A stretch of 64,000 nucleotides of DNA from an uncultured bacterium (GTDB taxonomy: Bacteria; Chloroflexota; UBA5177; JANWHV01), in contig CAWHAE010000010.1 in assembly GCA_963827235.1 (NCBI GenBank), positions 960,001 through 1,024,000 of the forward strand, in the 5' to 3' direction. The notes beneath the pieces were generated by a model, which was not told the origin of the DNA, ran no database searches, and saw nothing but the letters and a program-made list of their open reading frames with translations. The position numbers and the translations under genes were made by a program. Shown piece by piece: positions 1 to 8,619 of the stretch; position 1 is the stretch's first letter; each line of letters begins with the position of its first letter.

Positions 1-864
1 CCCTATGTCTTCGCCTGCACCTTCGTCGCCGACACCGCCTCCATGACCTTGCCGATCAGCAACCCAATCAACATCATCCTGGGCCAGCGCTTCCACGTCC
101 TTTCTCTGGGCGGCTATCTGCACTACCTCCTTCTGCCCAGCCTCTGTGCCATAGTCATCAACACGGCAGGCTTCGCCTTCCTCTTTCGCAACCGGTTGCA
201 GGGCACGTTCAGCGCGCCGCGCAGCCAGGGCATCCTGGAGCCCGCTGAGCGCCGCGCCTTTCTCATCGCGGTCGCCGTGCTGGTCCTGGTGGGCGTGGCC
301 TTCGTTGCGGCATCCGGATTACCCGGATCGCCGGTCGGGGCGGTGGCCATGGCAGGCGCGGCCACGCTGCTCGTGGCTACTCGAATGCAGGGACGGCTCG
401 TCTGGAGGCGTCTGGCCGGCGGCATATCCTGGGGCATATTCCCCTTCGTCGCCGGCACCTTCCTGCTGGTGCGCGGTCTGGAGCGCCAGGGCGTCGCATC
501 GCAGCTGGGCCACCTTCTGGGCATGCTGGCCGGGCATGGTACGATCCAGGCAGCGCTGAGCGCGACCTTCTTCGGCGCGCTGTGCAGCAACCTGATCAAT
601 AACGTGCCTGCCGTAGCGGTGATCAGCGCAGCCATCCCTACGCTGCACCACGTGCCGCGGTCGGCGATTGTCTACGGCACGATTGTCGGGTGCGATCTCG
701 GGCCCAATCTCACGGTGACGGGATCGCTCTCCACGATGATCTGGCTGCTCATCCTGCGGCGCAGGAACATGGACGTTTCCGCGCTCGACTACGCGAAGCT
801 GGGTCTGGTCGTCACGCCGATCATGCTGCTGGCAAGCGGCTTGATGCTCGGCCTGCTGCTCTGA
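1..864 (+). CDS. ArsB/NhaD-family (ion transporter superfamily) membrane transporter, 5'-partial
   Basis: Frame open from the window edge (PYVFACTFVADTASMTLPISNPIN). Many TM segments. Motifs SNLINNVPA and DLGPNLTVTGSLSTMIW are typical of ArsB-like permeases. Confidence 0.85.
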   Translation, partial: PYVFACTFVADTASMTLPISNPINIILGQRFHVLSLGGYLHYLLLPSLCAIVINTAGFAFLFRNRLQGTFSAPRSQGILEPAERRAFLIAVAVLVLVGVAFVAASGLPGSPVGAVAMAGAATLLVATRMQGRLVWRRLAGGISWGIFPFVAGTFLLVRGLERQGVASQLGHLLGMLAGHGTIQAALSATFFGALCSNLINNVPAVAVISAAIPTLHHVPRSAIVYGTIVGCDLGPNLTVTGSLSTMIWLLILRRRNMDVSALDYAKLGLVVTPIMLLASGLMLGLLL

Positions 865-881
865 GCGGGAAGGAGCCGCGA

Positions 882-1409
882 GTGAAACACATTGTTGCCT
901 GCGACGGGCGCGGCCAGGCTGCCTTCCTGAGCCGGGTCGAGCGTGTCATGGCCCTGGAAGGAGCTGAGGTGTTGTTCGCGCACGTGGTCGACGAGGCCTT
1001 CGAGGAGGGTTGGCGAGAGTTGGCGGGCCATCACTGGCTTGGACGGCAGCCCGGCCCGCGCGAGGGATCCCGTTTCAAAGAAGCCGTGGCAGGCTCGGCG
1101 AGCGAGATTCTGGAAGAAGCAATGGCCTTATCGAGCCACTGGCCGGCCGCCGTCCGGCGACCAGTCGAACTGCGCGGCAACCCCGAGCGCCGGCTGGTGC
1201 GCCTGGCGCTGGCAGAGGAAGTGGACACCATAGTGGTAGGGCAGCATCGTATCGAGCTTGGCCCCGGCGCCCTGGGGCGCTGCGCTCGTTTCGTGGTCGA
1301 CCACGCGCCCTGCGCCGTGCTTCTGGTGCGCGACGAAGGTGTACGGCAGGCGGCAACCAGTCTGCTCGGCAGGCGCCTCGATGAACCGCCGAAGGCACGG
1401 CCGCGGTGA
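882..1409 (+). CDS. Universal stress protein (USP)
   Basis: GTG at 882 after an AGGAG RBS. HIVACDG N-terminal strand, GNPERRLV, DTIVVG and C-terminal LGRCARFVVDHAPCAVLLVR. Confidence 0.85.
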   Translation: MKHIVACDGRGQAAFLSRVERVMALEGAEVLFAHVVDEAFEEGWRELAGHHWLGRQPGPREGSRFKEAVAGSASEILEEAMALSSHWPAAVRRPVELRGNPERRLVRLALAEEVDTIVVGQHRIELGPGALGRCARFVVDHAPCAVLLVRDEGVRQAATSLLGRRLDEPPKARPR

Positions 1410-1427
1410 GGCGACCGCTGGTCGCCT

Positions 1428-2402
1428 TCAGGCGCAACGCTCCTCCAGCGCGTCGCAGGCTTCCGCGCACACGGGGTCGAACTGCGTACCCGCGCCCTCC
1501 TGCAATATGCGAATTGCCGTTTCGCGCGAGCGCGGTTTCTGGTACGGTCGGCCGGCCACCACGGCGTCGTAGGTGTCCGCCACCGCGAGGATGCGTGAGA
1601 AGAACGGTATCGACTTTGCCTCCAGGCGATCCGGGTATCCTCTGCCGTCCCATCGTTCATGATGGTGCCGCACAGGAAGAGCCAGGCCGGCGAGCTGAGG
1701 ATGGTGGCTGACCAGCAGCTCGGACACCGCCGAGTGCCGCCGCATACACACCCATTCTTCCGGATCCAGAGCCCCCGGCTTGTCCAGGATAGCGACCGGC
1801 ACCGAGATCTTGCCAAGGTCGTGAAGCAGTCCAACCAGCTCCAGGTCAAGCAGATCGGCTGCGTCCAGGCGGAGAGCCGCGCCGAGCGAGCGAGCGAAGG
1901 TCGCCACTTGCACCGAGTGACGCACCGTCTCCGCATGGTGCTGTCCCAGCAGACGCAGTAACGAGAGTGCCGTGGCTCGCACGGATTGTACTCGGTCCGT
2001 CGCTGCCGTGACCAGGTGCTGTATATGGCTGGCGTGGTCCTCCGCATAGCGAACGCGGTGCCACGCGTCGGCGGCTCCCGCGGGCCAGGTGAGCACGAAT
2101 ACGCAACAGAGCTGGCGCCGGTCATAGATCGGCACCGCCACTCCCGAACCCTCGCTCACCAGCTCGCCCCGCTGCAGTGCCAGCGCTGCCGGCCCGGTAG
2201 CAGATAGTCTATGTCCCTGCACGCCGCTCGCATCGCGCAGGTTGCCTCCGGGTCCGACGCACAAGAGACGTGCCAGACGCCCCTCGGTGCCGGCCCGGCC
2301 GAGGACCGCCCGCAACTCGGGCAGCAGCTGGCGGTCCTCGCCTGCAGTTGGAAAGAGAGCAATATCAAGATCCGGCAACACGGGAGAGCTGCTCAATGCC
2401 AT
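1428..2402 (-). CDS. HD-GYP phosphodiesterase with degenerate GAF-like N-terminus
   Basis: HSVQVA, LLHDLGK, ILDKPGAL, HHHERWDGRGYP, ILAVADTYDA and RPY motifs all intact. Confidence 0.9.
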   Translation of the reverse strand: MALSSSPVLPDLDIALFPTAGEDRQLLPELRAVLGRAGTEGRLARLLCVGPGGNLRDASGVQGHRLSATGPAALALQRGELVSEGSGVAVPIYDRRQLCCVFVLTWPAGAADAWHRVRYAEDHASHIQHLVTAATDRVQSVRATALSLLRLLGQHHAETVRHSVQVATFARSLGAALRLDAADLLDLELVGLLHDLGKISVPVAILDKPGALDPEEWVCMRRHSAVSELLVSHHPQLAGLALPVRHHHERWDGRGYPDRLEAKSIPFFSRILAVADTYDAVVAGRPYQKPRSRETAIRILQEGAGTQFDPVCAEACDALEERCA

Positions 2403-2640
2403 ACGTCATCCCATATAGGCGGGAGCTCAACGCCCGCGCAAAGGCCACAAGATCCACCGCTCGTAGATCGGCGATACGCGCTGCCTCAGTAGCACTGAGC
2501 CCGAAGGCCAGCGCCGTGGGCCCAGGATCGCGCAGCAGCCGCCGTGCCAACTCGCGATCGAGAAACGCGGTTCCTAGAAGGCGCTCGATGCCCTGCTCCA
2601 CGGGCGGGACACCGCGGCGCCCGTTGGCGCTACCGGCCAT
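2365..2640 (-). CDS. Small NHLP-clan (Os1348/Franean1_4349-like) protein, 91 aa
   Basis: GGAGAGGG RBS before ATG 2640. IERLLGTAFLDRELARRLLRDP...FGLSATEAARI resembles the nitrile-hydratase-leader-like pattern. Overlaps the HD-GYP start. Confidence 0.65.
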   Translation of the reverse strand: MAGSANGRRGVPPVEQGIERLLGTAFLDRELARRLLRDPGPTALAFGLSATEAARIADLRAVDLVAFARALSSRLYGMTYGIEQLSRVAGS

Positions 2641-2679
2641 CTTCGTCCCTCTCCAGGAGCGAACGCGACTGCGCACCGG

Positions 2680-2853
2680 CTAGTCCTGCGTGTTTACCAC
2701 CACCGGGGTCGCGGTGGGCGCAATCACAACACCAAAGATAGGAGGGCTGCCGGCGCCGCCACCAGCGTGCACGGGCACGATCTGCAACCCTGCTCCCGCG
2801 CTTACCGCCACCAGAACCATCGCCGCCACCACTCTACGCATTCGTCGAGACAC
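2680..2853 (-). CDS. Small secreted peptide, 57 aa (signal peptide plus ~27-aa mature part)
   Basis: AAGGGAG RBS 7 nt before GTG 2853. Basic N-region (SRRMRR), hydrophobic core, VHA cleavage motif. Mature part GGGAGSPPIFGVVIAPTATPVVVNTQD. Confidence 0.6.
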   Translation of the reverse strand: MSRRMRRVVAAMVLVAVSAGAGLQIVPVHAGGGAGSPPIFGVVIAPTATPVVVNTQD

Positions 2854-2990
2854 CGCTCTACTCCCTTCGTTCCTAAACTCCGGAGAAATGTCCCCCATTG
2901 GGGGAAAGGAAACGCAACCGAATTGCGCTACAGTAGGAGCATATCAGTGCACTTCCGGCCAAAGTCTTGGCAAATCTCAGGAGAAAGCCC

Positions 2991-5900
2991 GTGCCATTGC
3001 CCGCTGGCACCCCGCGTCCCAGGCTGCCGCGCGCCAAAGTTGCGCCGCCGAGTGGCGGCGGGTTGATCAGCCGCCCCCGCCTCAGCCGGCGTCTCGACCA
3101 GGGACGCTCCGGCGGCGTGACTATCCTCGTCGCTCCCGGCGGCTCCGGCAAGACGTCACTTGTCGCCGCCTGGCTCCGAGAATGTCTGCTGCCCGCCGCC
3201 TGGTACGCGCTCGACGAGGCGGACAGGGATGGCACTCGCTTCCTGTGCGGCATAGCGGCCGCCCTGGACTACGCCCGTCCCGGCGCGTGCGCCGCCGCGT
3301 TCGCCGCCCTGGACGCGGGCGAACCCGCCGCCGCGGTAGTGACCGCCCTCGCTGCCTGCCTGGAGGATGCGCCCACCGCGCTCGTGCTCGACGATTTCCA
3401 CTGCGTCGATGGCTCGGCCGCCGTGGTCGACGCGCTCGACCGACTGCTTCGCTACGCTCCCTCCAACTTCACCCTTGTCGTGCTCTCGCGGACAGTCCCT
3501 GCCCTGCGTTTCTCCTCCCTTCTCCAGGGCGGCGGGCTGTACGGCTTGACAGGCGACGACCTTCGCTTCGAGCCCGACGAAGCCGAGCAGCTTCTGGCGG
3601 CGCATCGCCTGCCGACGGAGGCGACCGCGCAGCTCACCACCCGTAGCGGCGGCTGGGCTGCAGGCCTGCTCCTCCTGGCACAGGCCGACAGCGACTCCCT
3701 GAGCTTCCTTCGAGGCAGCGGCGAAGCAGCGTTCGCCGCCCTGGGTGCCGACCTTCTGCACGCCCTGCCTCCATCCCTGGCCACATTCGCCATGGAGTCC
3801 GCCGCGCTCTGCCCTGCATCCAGCGAACAGATCGCCGCGCTGCTGGCGCGCCGAGACGCCGCCGAGGCCTGCGCCGACCTGCGCAAAGCCGGCTTCTTCC
3901 TCACCGAGAACCAGGATGGTGTCCTCTGCTATCACGCGCTGCTTGCCGATTACCTCAGGGTCACGCTGGCGACAGAGTCGCCCGAGCGCTATCGAGCTCT
4001 GCGCCGCCAGCGGGCAGCACTCTGCTGCAACGACGACCAACCGGAGCAGGCCGCCAGCCTGTTGCGCGCCGACCGCGATTGGGAAGCCCTGAGCGAATTG
4101 GTGGAGCGCGAGTTTGGCGACCTGTGGCGACACGGCTCATTCGGCACGATCGCCGCCAGCATCGAGGCTCTGCCGGCCGACCGCCGAACCCCGGACCTGG
4201 CGGCGCGCTGCGGCCATGCCTACCGCAAGCTGGCCGACTTCACCCACGCCATGGAGTGGGCCGATACCGCCCTCGCCGCCGCCGCCGATACCGTGGTCAC
4301 CATTCGCGCCCTGCTGCTCCGTGTGGCGATACTCAATGACTCGGGCCGCTACATCGACGCTCTGCCGGCGCTGAAAGCGTCGGCCCGGCTGGCCGCGACG
4401 TTCGACGACCCGTCCCTCCGCCGGCGCGGCGAGGCGCTTGCCGCGGATACCGAGGGCTTCATCCAGTTCAAGCTGGGCAACACCGCAGCCGGTGAGGTGC
4501 TCTCCGCCCTGGCAGAGCAGTATTATGTCGAGACCGCCGACACCGGCGAGCAGGCGCGCGTGATCACGAACCGGGCCCTCGGCCTGGCGGAAGCCGGGAG
4601 CATGCCCCTGGCCCTTGCTCAGGTCGAACGCGCCCTTCCCCTTTGGGAGTCGTTAGGAGACTCCGGCCAGGTAGCCTTCTGCGGCTACGTGCGCGCCCTG
4701 GCCCTGTTGGCAGGGGGCGAGTCGCGCACCGGACAGGATGAGCTGCAACGAGCCGCCGACGCCCTCGAGCTGGCCGGCAAGCACTGCGCGGCCTGCATTG
4801 CCACCGCCGAGCTAGCACTGGCCATGATCGACGACGGAAACCAGGCGCGCGGCAGCCCACTAGCCGAGAAGACCCTGCATACAGCATTCCGCCTCGACGA
4901 CCAAGAAGCCATCCGCACCTCGTACCGTGCTGCGATCATGGCAGCCATCGCTCGCAAACAGATCGGCGAGGCGAGGCGACTTCTCGCCGAAGCACGTAAC
5001 GAGAGCGCCCCGCCGCCCGATCTGGCCTCCTTTGACTACCTCGAAGGATTGGCCGCCTTGCGGGCCGGCGGGCTGCGCACCGCCTCCGCGACGCTCGCCG
5101 CTGCCGCCGCCGCTCTCACGTCGCTCAAACGCCCACACCTGGCGGCGCGCGCCCTGGTACTGCGCGCCGAGGCCCAGCTCGCCAACGGCAGGGTGCGGAA
5201 CGCCGAAGATGCCTTGAATGCCGGCGCCCGCCTCGCCATGGACAACCGGTGCGAGGGCTACCTCCTGCCCATAGCGCGCTACGCCCGTACCCTCACCAGT
5301 AAACGGCGCGAACTGGTCCGGCTCAACGACGCCGCGCGTGCGCTTCTCCAGCGTTTTGCCGGCGAGACCGCCAGCATTCACCTGCTCGACGAGCAGGACA
5401 GGCGGGAACTTTACTTGGAAGTCATTCCGTTCGGCGAAGGCGTGGTACGAATCGATGGGGACGAGCTGAACCTTGCTCCCTTGAGCCCTAAGGCTCGTGA
5501 GCTTCTCTACTATCTCTCGCTCCGTGGTGAGCCGGTCCGCCGCGAGACGGCAATGGATGCCCTCTGGGCCGAGCACGACGGCGACCGGGCAGCCCGGGCG
5601 CTCTCCGACGCCGCTCACCAGCTTCGCTGCGTGCTTGGCCGCACTGCACTACCGAGCTACCAGCGGCAGATCCGGCTGCACGCCAACGTGTCCGATGCCG
5701 GCCTGCGCTTCGTCGCCGGGGTGGAGGACACCCTGGCGACTGTCAGTGCCGGCAACGAAAACCGGGCGTCCGCTCTGGCAAACGAAGCAGCGGACTATCT
5801 CGAGACCGGCGCGTTCCTGCCCTGGTGCGAAAGCCAGTGGGCGGCACAGGCCCGCGGTCACTACCTGGCCACCGGCTGCCGTCTGGCGGCGCTCTGCGCG

Positions 5901-6164
5901 ACCACCGATCTCGACCGAGACCTGCACACCGCGCTCGCGCGGTGTTGCCGCGCTCTGATCGGACTCGATCCGCTCGAGGAGGCAGGGTGGGAAGGGCTGA
6001 TCCGCCTGCAGCAGCAAGCGGGTGACCATCGTGAGGCAGTCCGCCTCCTGGAGTCCTACGACCGCATATGCCGGGAGGAGCTGAGCGAGCGCGCCCCAGC
6101 ACGCCTGCGCCGCCTGGTGCTTACCGCCGGCTCGGTGGCCAAGGAGAGCATTGTCTCACATTGA
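2991..6164 (+). CDS. MalT-like STAND ATPase-TPR regulator with C-terminal winged-HTH/BTAD domain
   Basis: AGGAG RBS before GTG 2991. LISRPRL, Walker A APGGSGKTS, AWYALDEAD, Walker B LVLDDFH, GWAAGL, Ala-rich TPR region, KARELLYYL and LDPLEEAGWEGLIRL (BTAD). Confidence 0.85.
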   Translation: MPLPAGTPRPRLPRAKVAPPSGGGLISRPRLSRRLDQGRSGGVTILVAPGGSGKTSLVAAWLRECLLPAAWYALDEADRDGTRFLCGIAAALDYARPGACAAAFAALDAGEPAAAVVTALAACLEDAPTALVLDDFHCVDGSAAVVDALDRLLRYAPSNFTLVVLSRTVPALRFSSLLQGGGLYGLTGDDLRFEPDEAEQLLAAHRLPTEATAQLTTRSGGWAAGLLLLAQADSDSLSFLRGSGEAAFAALGADLLHALPPSLATFAMESAALCPASSEQIAALLARRDAAEACADLRKAGFFLTENQDGVLCYHALLADYLRVTLATESPERYRALRRQRAALCCNDDQPEQAASLLRADRDWEALSELVEREFGDLWRHGSFGTIAASIEALPADRRTPDLAARCGHAYRKLADFTHAMEWADTALAAAADTVVTIRALLLRVAILNDSGRYIDALPALKASARLAATFDDPSLRRRGEALAADTEGFIQFKLGNTAAGEVLSALAEQYYVETADTGEQARVITNRALGLAEAGSMPLALAQVERALPLWESLGDSGQVAFCGYVRALALLAGGESRTGQDELQRAADALELAGKHCAACIATAELALAMIDDGNQARGSPLAEKTLHTAFRLDDQEAIRTSYRAAIMAAIARKQIGEARRLLAEARNESAPPPDLASFDYLEGLAALRAGGLRTASATLAAAAAALTSLKRPHLAARALVLRAEAQLANGRVRNAEDALNAGARLAMDNRCEGYLLPIARYARTLTSKRRELVRLNDAARALLQRFAGETASIHLLDEQDRRELYLEVIPFGEGVVRIDGDELNLAPLSPKARELLYYLSLRGEPVRRETAMDALWAEHDGDRAARALSDAAHQLRCVLGRTALPSYQRQIRLHANVSDAGLRFVAGVEDTLATVSAGNENRASALANEAADYLETGAFLPWCESQWAAQARGHYLATGCRLAALCATTDLDRDLHTALARCCRALIGLDPLEEAGWEGLIRLQQQAGDHREAVRLLESYDRICREELSERAPARLRRLVLTAGSVAKESIVSH

Positions 6165-6275
6165 AAAGACCGCTGCCTGTGCTGCCATCGGACACGATGT
6201 CGACGCGGCTGGCACTATACAAGTGGAGGACGGCAGGACAATTGCCGGTCCTGCTGCGACTAGAAGGAAGGCTCC

Positions 6276-7433
6276 ATGCAGCAAGGGCGCGAGGAGCTCG
6301 ACGCGGCGGAAGCGAGCGGCGGTCACGACCACGATCGCGGCCGCGACGAACATCATGATCCTCACGACGGCCACGGCCACGACGAGGACGCCGAGCACCA
6401 CCACGGGCACGAGGATCACGATGGTCGCGAGCACGATCACGCGCACGGCTGGTGGAGCCGTCTACTCGAGGCCGTTCCCTTCCTGCACGGGCATAGCCAT
6501 GCCGAGTCGAATGTCGACACCGCGCTGGAGGAAAGCGATCGCGGCCTCTGGGCTGTAGCAGCGTCACTGCTGGGCCTGGCAGTCACCGCCGCGCTGCAGC
6601 TGGTGATCGCCGTGCTCAGTGGCAGTGCCGGACTTCTCGCGGACACCATCCACAACGCCTCGGATGCGCTCACGGCCATCCCGCTGGCCGCTGCGTTCGT
6701 GCTCGCCAAGCGAGCGCCTACGCGGCGCTACACGTACGGCTACGGCCGGGCCGAGGACGTGGCAGGTGTGGTCGTCGTCGGCATCATCTTCCTGTCGGCC
6801 CTGATTGCCGCCTACGAGAGCATACAGAAGCTCATCCATCCTCAACACCTTCAGTATCTTGGATGGATCGCGGCGGCCGCATTGGTCGGCTTTCTGGGCA
6901 ACGAAGCCGTAGGGGCCTTTCGCATCCGTGTAGGCCGGCGTATCGCCTCAGCCGCGCTGATCGCGGACGGCCAGCACGCGCGCGTCGACGGGCTGACTTC
7001 GCTCGCGGTGCTGGTTGGTGCGCTCGGCGTCCGAGCCGGATTCACGCGGGCCGACCCGGTGGTCGGCCTGCTCATCACGGTGGCCATCGTGTTGATCGTC
7101 AAGGACACCGCGCTCACGATGTGGCGCCGGTTGATGGACGCCGTGGAACCGGAGGTGGTCGACGATATCGAGCAGGTGGCAGCGGCGGTGCCGGGCGTGC
7201 AGGCCGTACACGAAGCTCGAGTGCGCTGGCTGGGCCACAAGCTGCAGGCTGAGCTGCACGTCACGGTGGACGAGGACCTGCCTACGCGCGAGAGTCACCG
7301 GATTCTGGAGGACGTCCGCCACGGCCTCTTCCACGCTCAGCCACGCCTGGCCGTGATCAACGTGCACGCGGATCCCTGCGGCCACGGCGGCGTCGATCCA
7401 CACGAGGCGACTGCCCATCACGCTCCAGGGTAG
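6276..7433 (+). CDS. Cation diffusion facilitator (CDF) transporter with His-rich N-terminus
   Basis: SAGLLADTIHNASD, YTYGYGRAED, ADGQHARVD and DPVVGLLI motifs. C-terminal ZT dimer domain. Confidence 0.92.
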   Translation: MQQGREELDAAEASGGHDHDRGRDEHHDPHDGHGHDEDAEHHHGHEDHDGREHDHAHGWWSRLLEAVPFLHGHSHAESNVDTALEESDRGLWAVAASLLGLAVTAALQLVIAVLSGSAGLLADTIHNASDALTAIPLAAAFVLAKRAPTRRYTYGYGRAEDVAGVVVVGIIFLSALIAAYESIQKLIHPQHLQYLGWIAAAALVGFLGNEAVGAFRIRVGRRIASAALIADGQHARVDGLTSLAVLVGALGVRAGFTRADPVVGLLITVAIVLIVKDTALTMWRRLMDAVEPEVVDDIEQVAAAVPGVQAVHEARVRWLGHKLQAELHVTVDEDLPTRESHRILEDVRHGLFHAQPRLAVINVHADPCGHGGVDPHEATAHHAPG

Positions 7434-7478
7434 CTTCCCATGGTGACCAGAGGACAGCGCCCGCCCGGAAAGCGCCGT

Positions 7479-8507
7479 TCAGTGCAGGAACCATTGTAGT
7501 CCCTGCAGAAGCTGGGCTGAATCGGCGGCCACCTGCGAGACGCTGATCGGTGCGTACAGCTCGATGACGTAGATGATTCTGCCGTCCGCGCTCGTGGCGG
7601 CCCAATAGATGGCGAAAGCCGCGAATGCCGATCCGCTTTGCGGCGTGGACGTGAAGCAGTACACGGCAGTGTTCTGGCTCACCCCGTCCACGGTAAGCTG
7701 GGACGGCGTGCCGCAGGACTTGAAATCGGGATAGGTCTTCTCGGCCGCCGCGACCAGGGTCTGCTGCACCGACTGCACGCTGGTAGGAGAAATCACCCTC
7801 GTGGAATGAATCACGAGCCCCCCCGAGTTCCCGGTGCCGACCTTATCCTCCAGTCGCAGGGTCACGGTATCCTGGCTGAGCACGCTCCAACCGGACTTGA
7901 GGGCGACACAGAACGTGGTGGTCGCCGCCACGTTCGGTCCGGTCAGGCTGCAGCTAGCCGCTTCCGGCGCTGCCGTGGCAGCGGGAAGCACTGGGGTCGG
8001 CGCCGGGCCGGTCACGGATCGTGGCGAGGCAGTGGGCGCGGGCGGCTGAACGGCCGCCGACGTCGCTGTCGAGTAGGATACCGGTGTGCCGGTGGCCGCG
8101 CCGGTGGCGCTACCACCGGCGACCGCGGACGAGGTCGCGGCAGGCAGCACGGGCAGGCTCGGGGCAGCTGCCGGCCTGTGGTTGAGCACGACGACGGAGC
8201 ACAGGATCAGAACGCCAAAGACGCCGATCGTGAGTCCGAGCACCGTGAACGCCGGCAACCGGTGGACGGCGCCGGGCGACCCGGCTGGCTGGTAGAAGGG
8301 ACCCGACGAGCCGGCAGCAGTGGACTCGCCGGACAGCGCGGGCGTGTCGTGGTGCTGAGCGCTTGGCGTGCCGGACGGCGATCCGGCACCCGCGACCGGA
8401 AAAGGGCCTGTTGCTGCCGGACGCCCTTGCAGCGGTGCCCCGCACTGCTGGCAGAACCGAGCAGTCGCGGGCTGCTGCGCGCCGCACCTCTGGCAAAAAC
8501 CCGCCAT
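7479..8507 (-). CDS. Zinc-ribbon membrane protein with Pro/Thr linker and extracytoplasmic domain
   Basis: GGAGGAG RBS. FCQRCG...FCQQCG ribbon, single TM helix, low-complexity linker, Cys-containing C-terminal domain. Confidence 0.75.
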   Translation of the reverse strand: MAGFCQRCGAQQPATARFCQQCGAPLQGRPAATGPFPVAGAGSPSGTPSAQHHDTPALSGESTAAGSSGPFYQPAGSPGAVHRLPAFTVLGLTIGVFGVLILCSVVVLNHRPAAAPSLPVLPAATSSAVAGGSATGAATGTPVSYSTATSAAVQPPAPTASPRSVTGPAPTPVLPAATAAPEAASCSLTGPNVAATTTFCVALKSGWSVLSQDTVTLRLEDKVGTGNSGGLVIHSTRVISPTSVQSVQQTLVAAAEKTYPDFKSCGTPSQLTVDGVSQNTAVYCFTSTPQSGSAFAAFAIYWAATSADGRIIYVIELYAPISVSQVAADSAQLLQGLQWFLH

Positions 8508-8619
8508 CGCGCACTCCTCCCACCGCATTGTGGGTGGTCGTCAGGCACCGGGATCGACGTGGGTCGGCTTCGCAAGTCGGCTCCGGTTCTATCGTACCAC
8601 CGGGCTCATGCGCGCGTGC

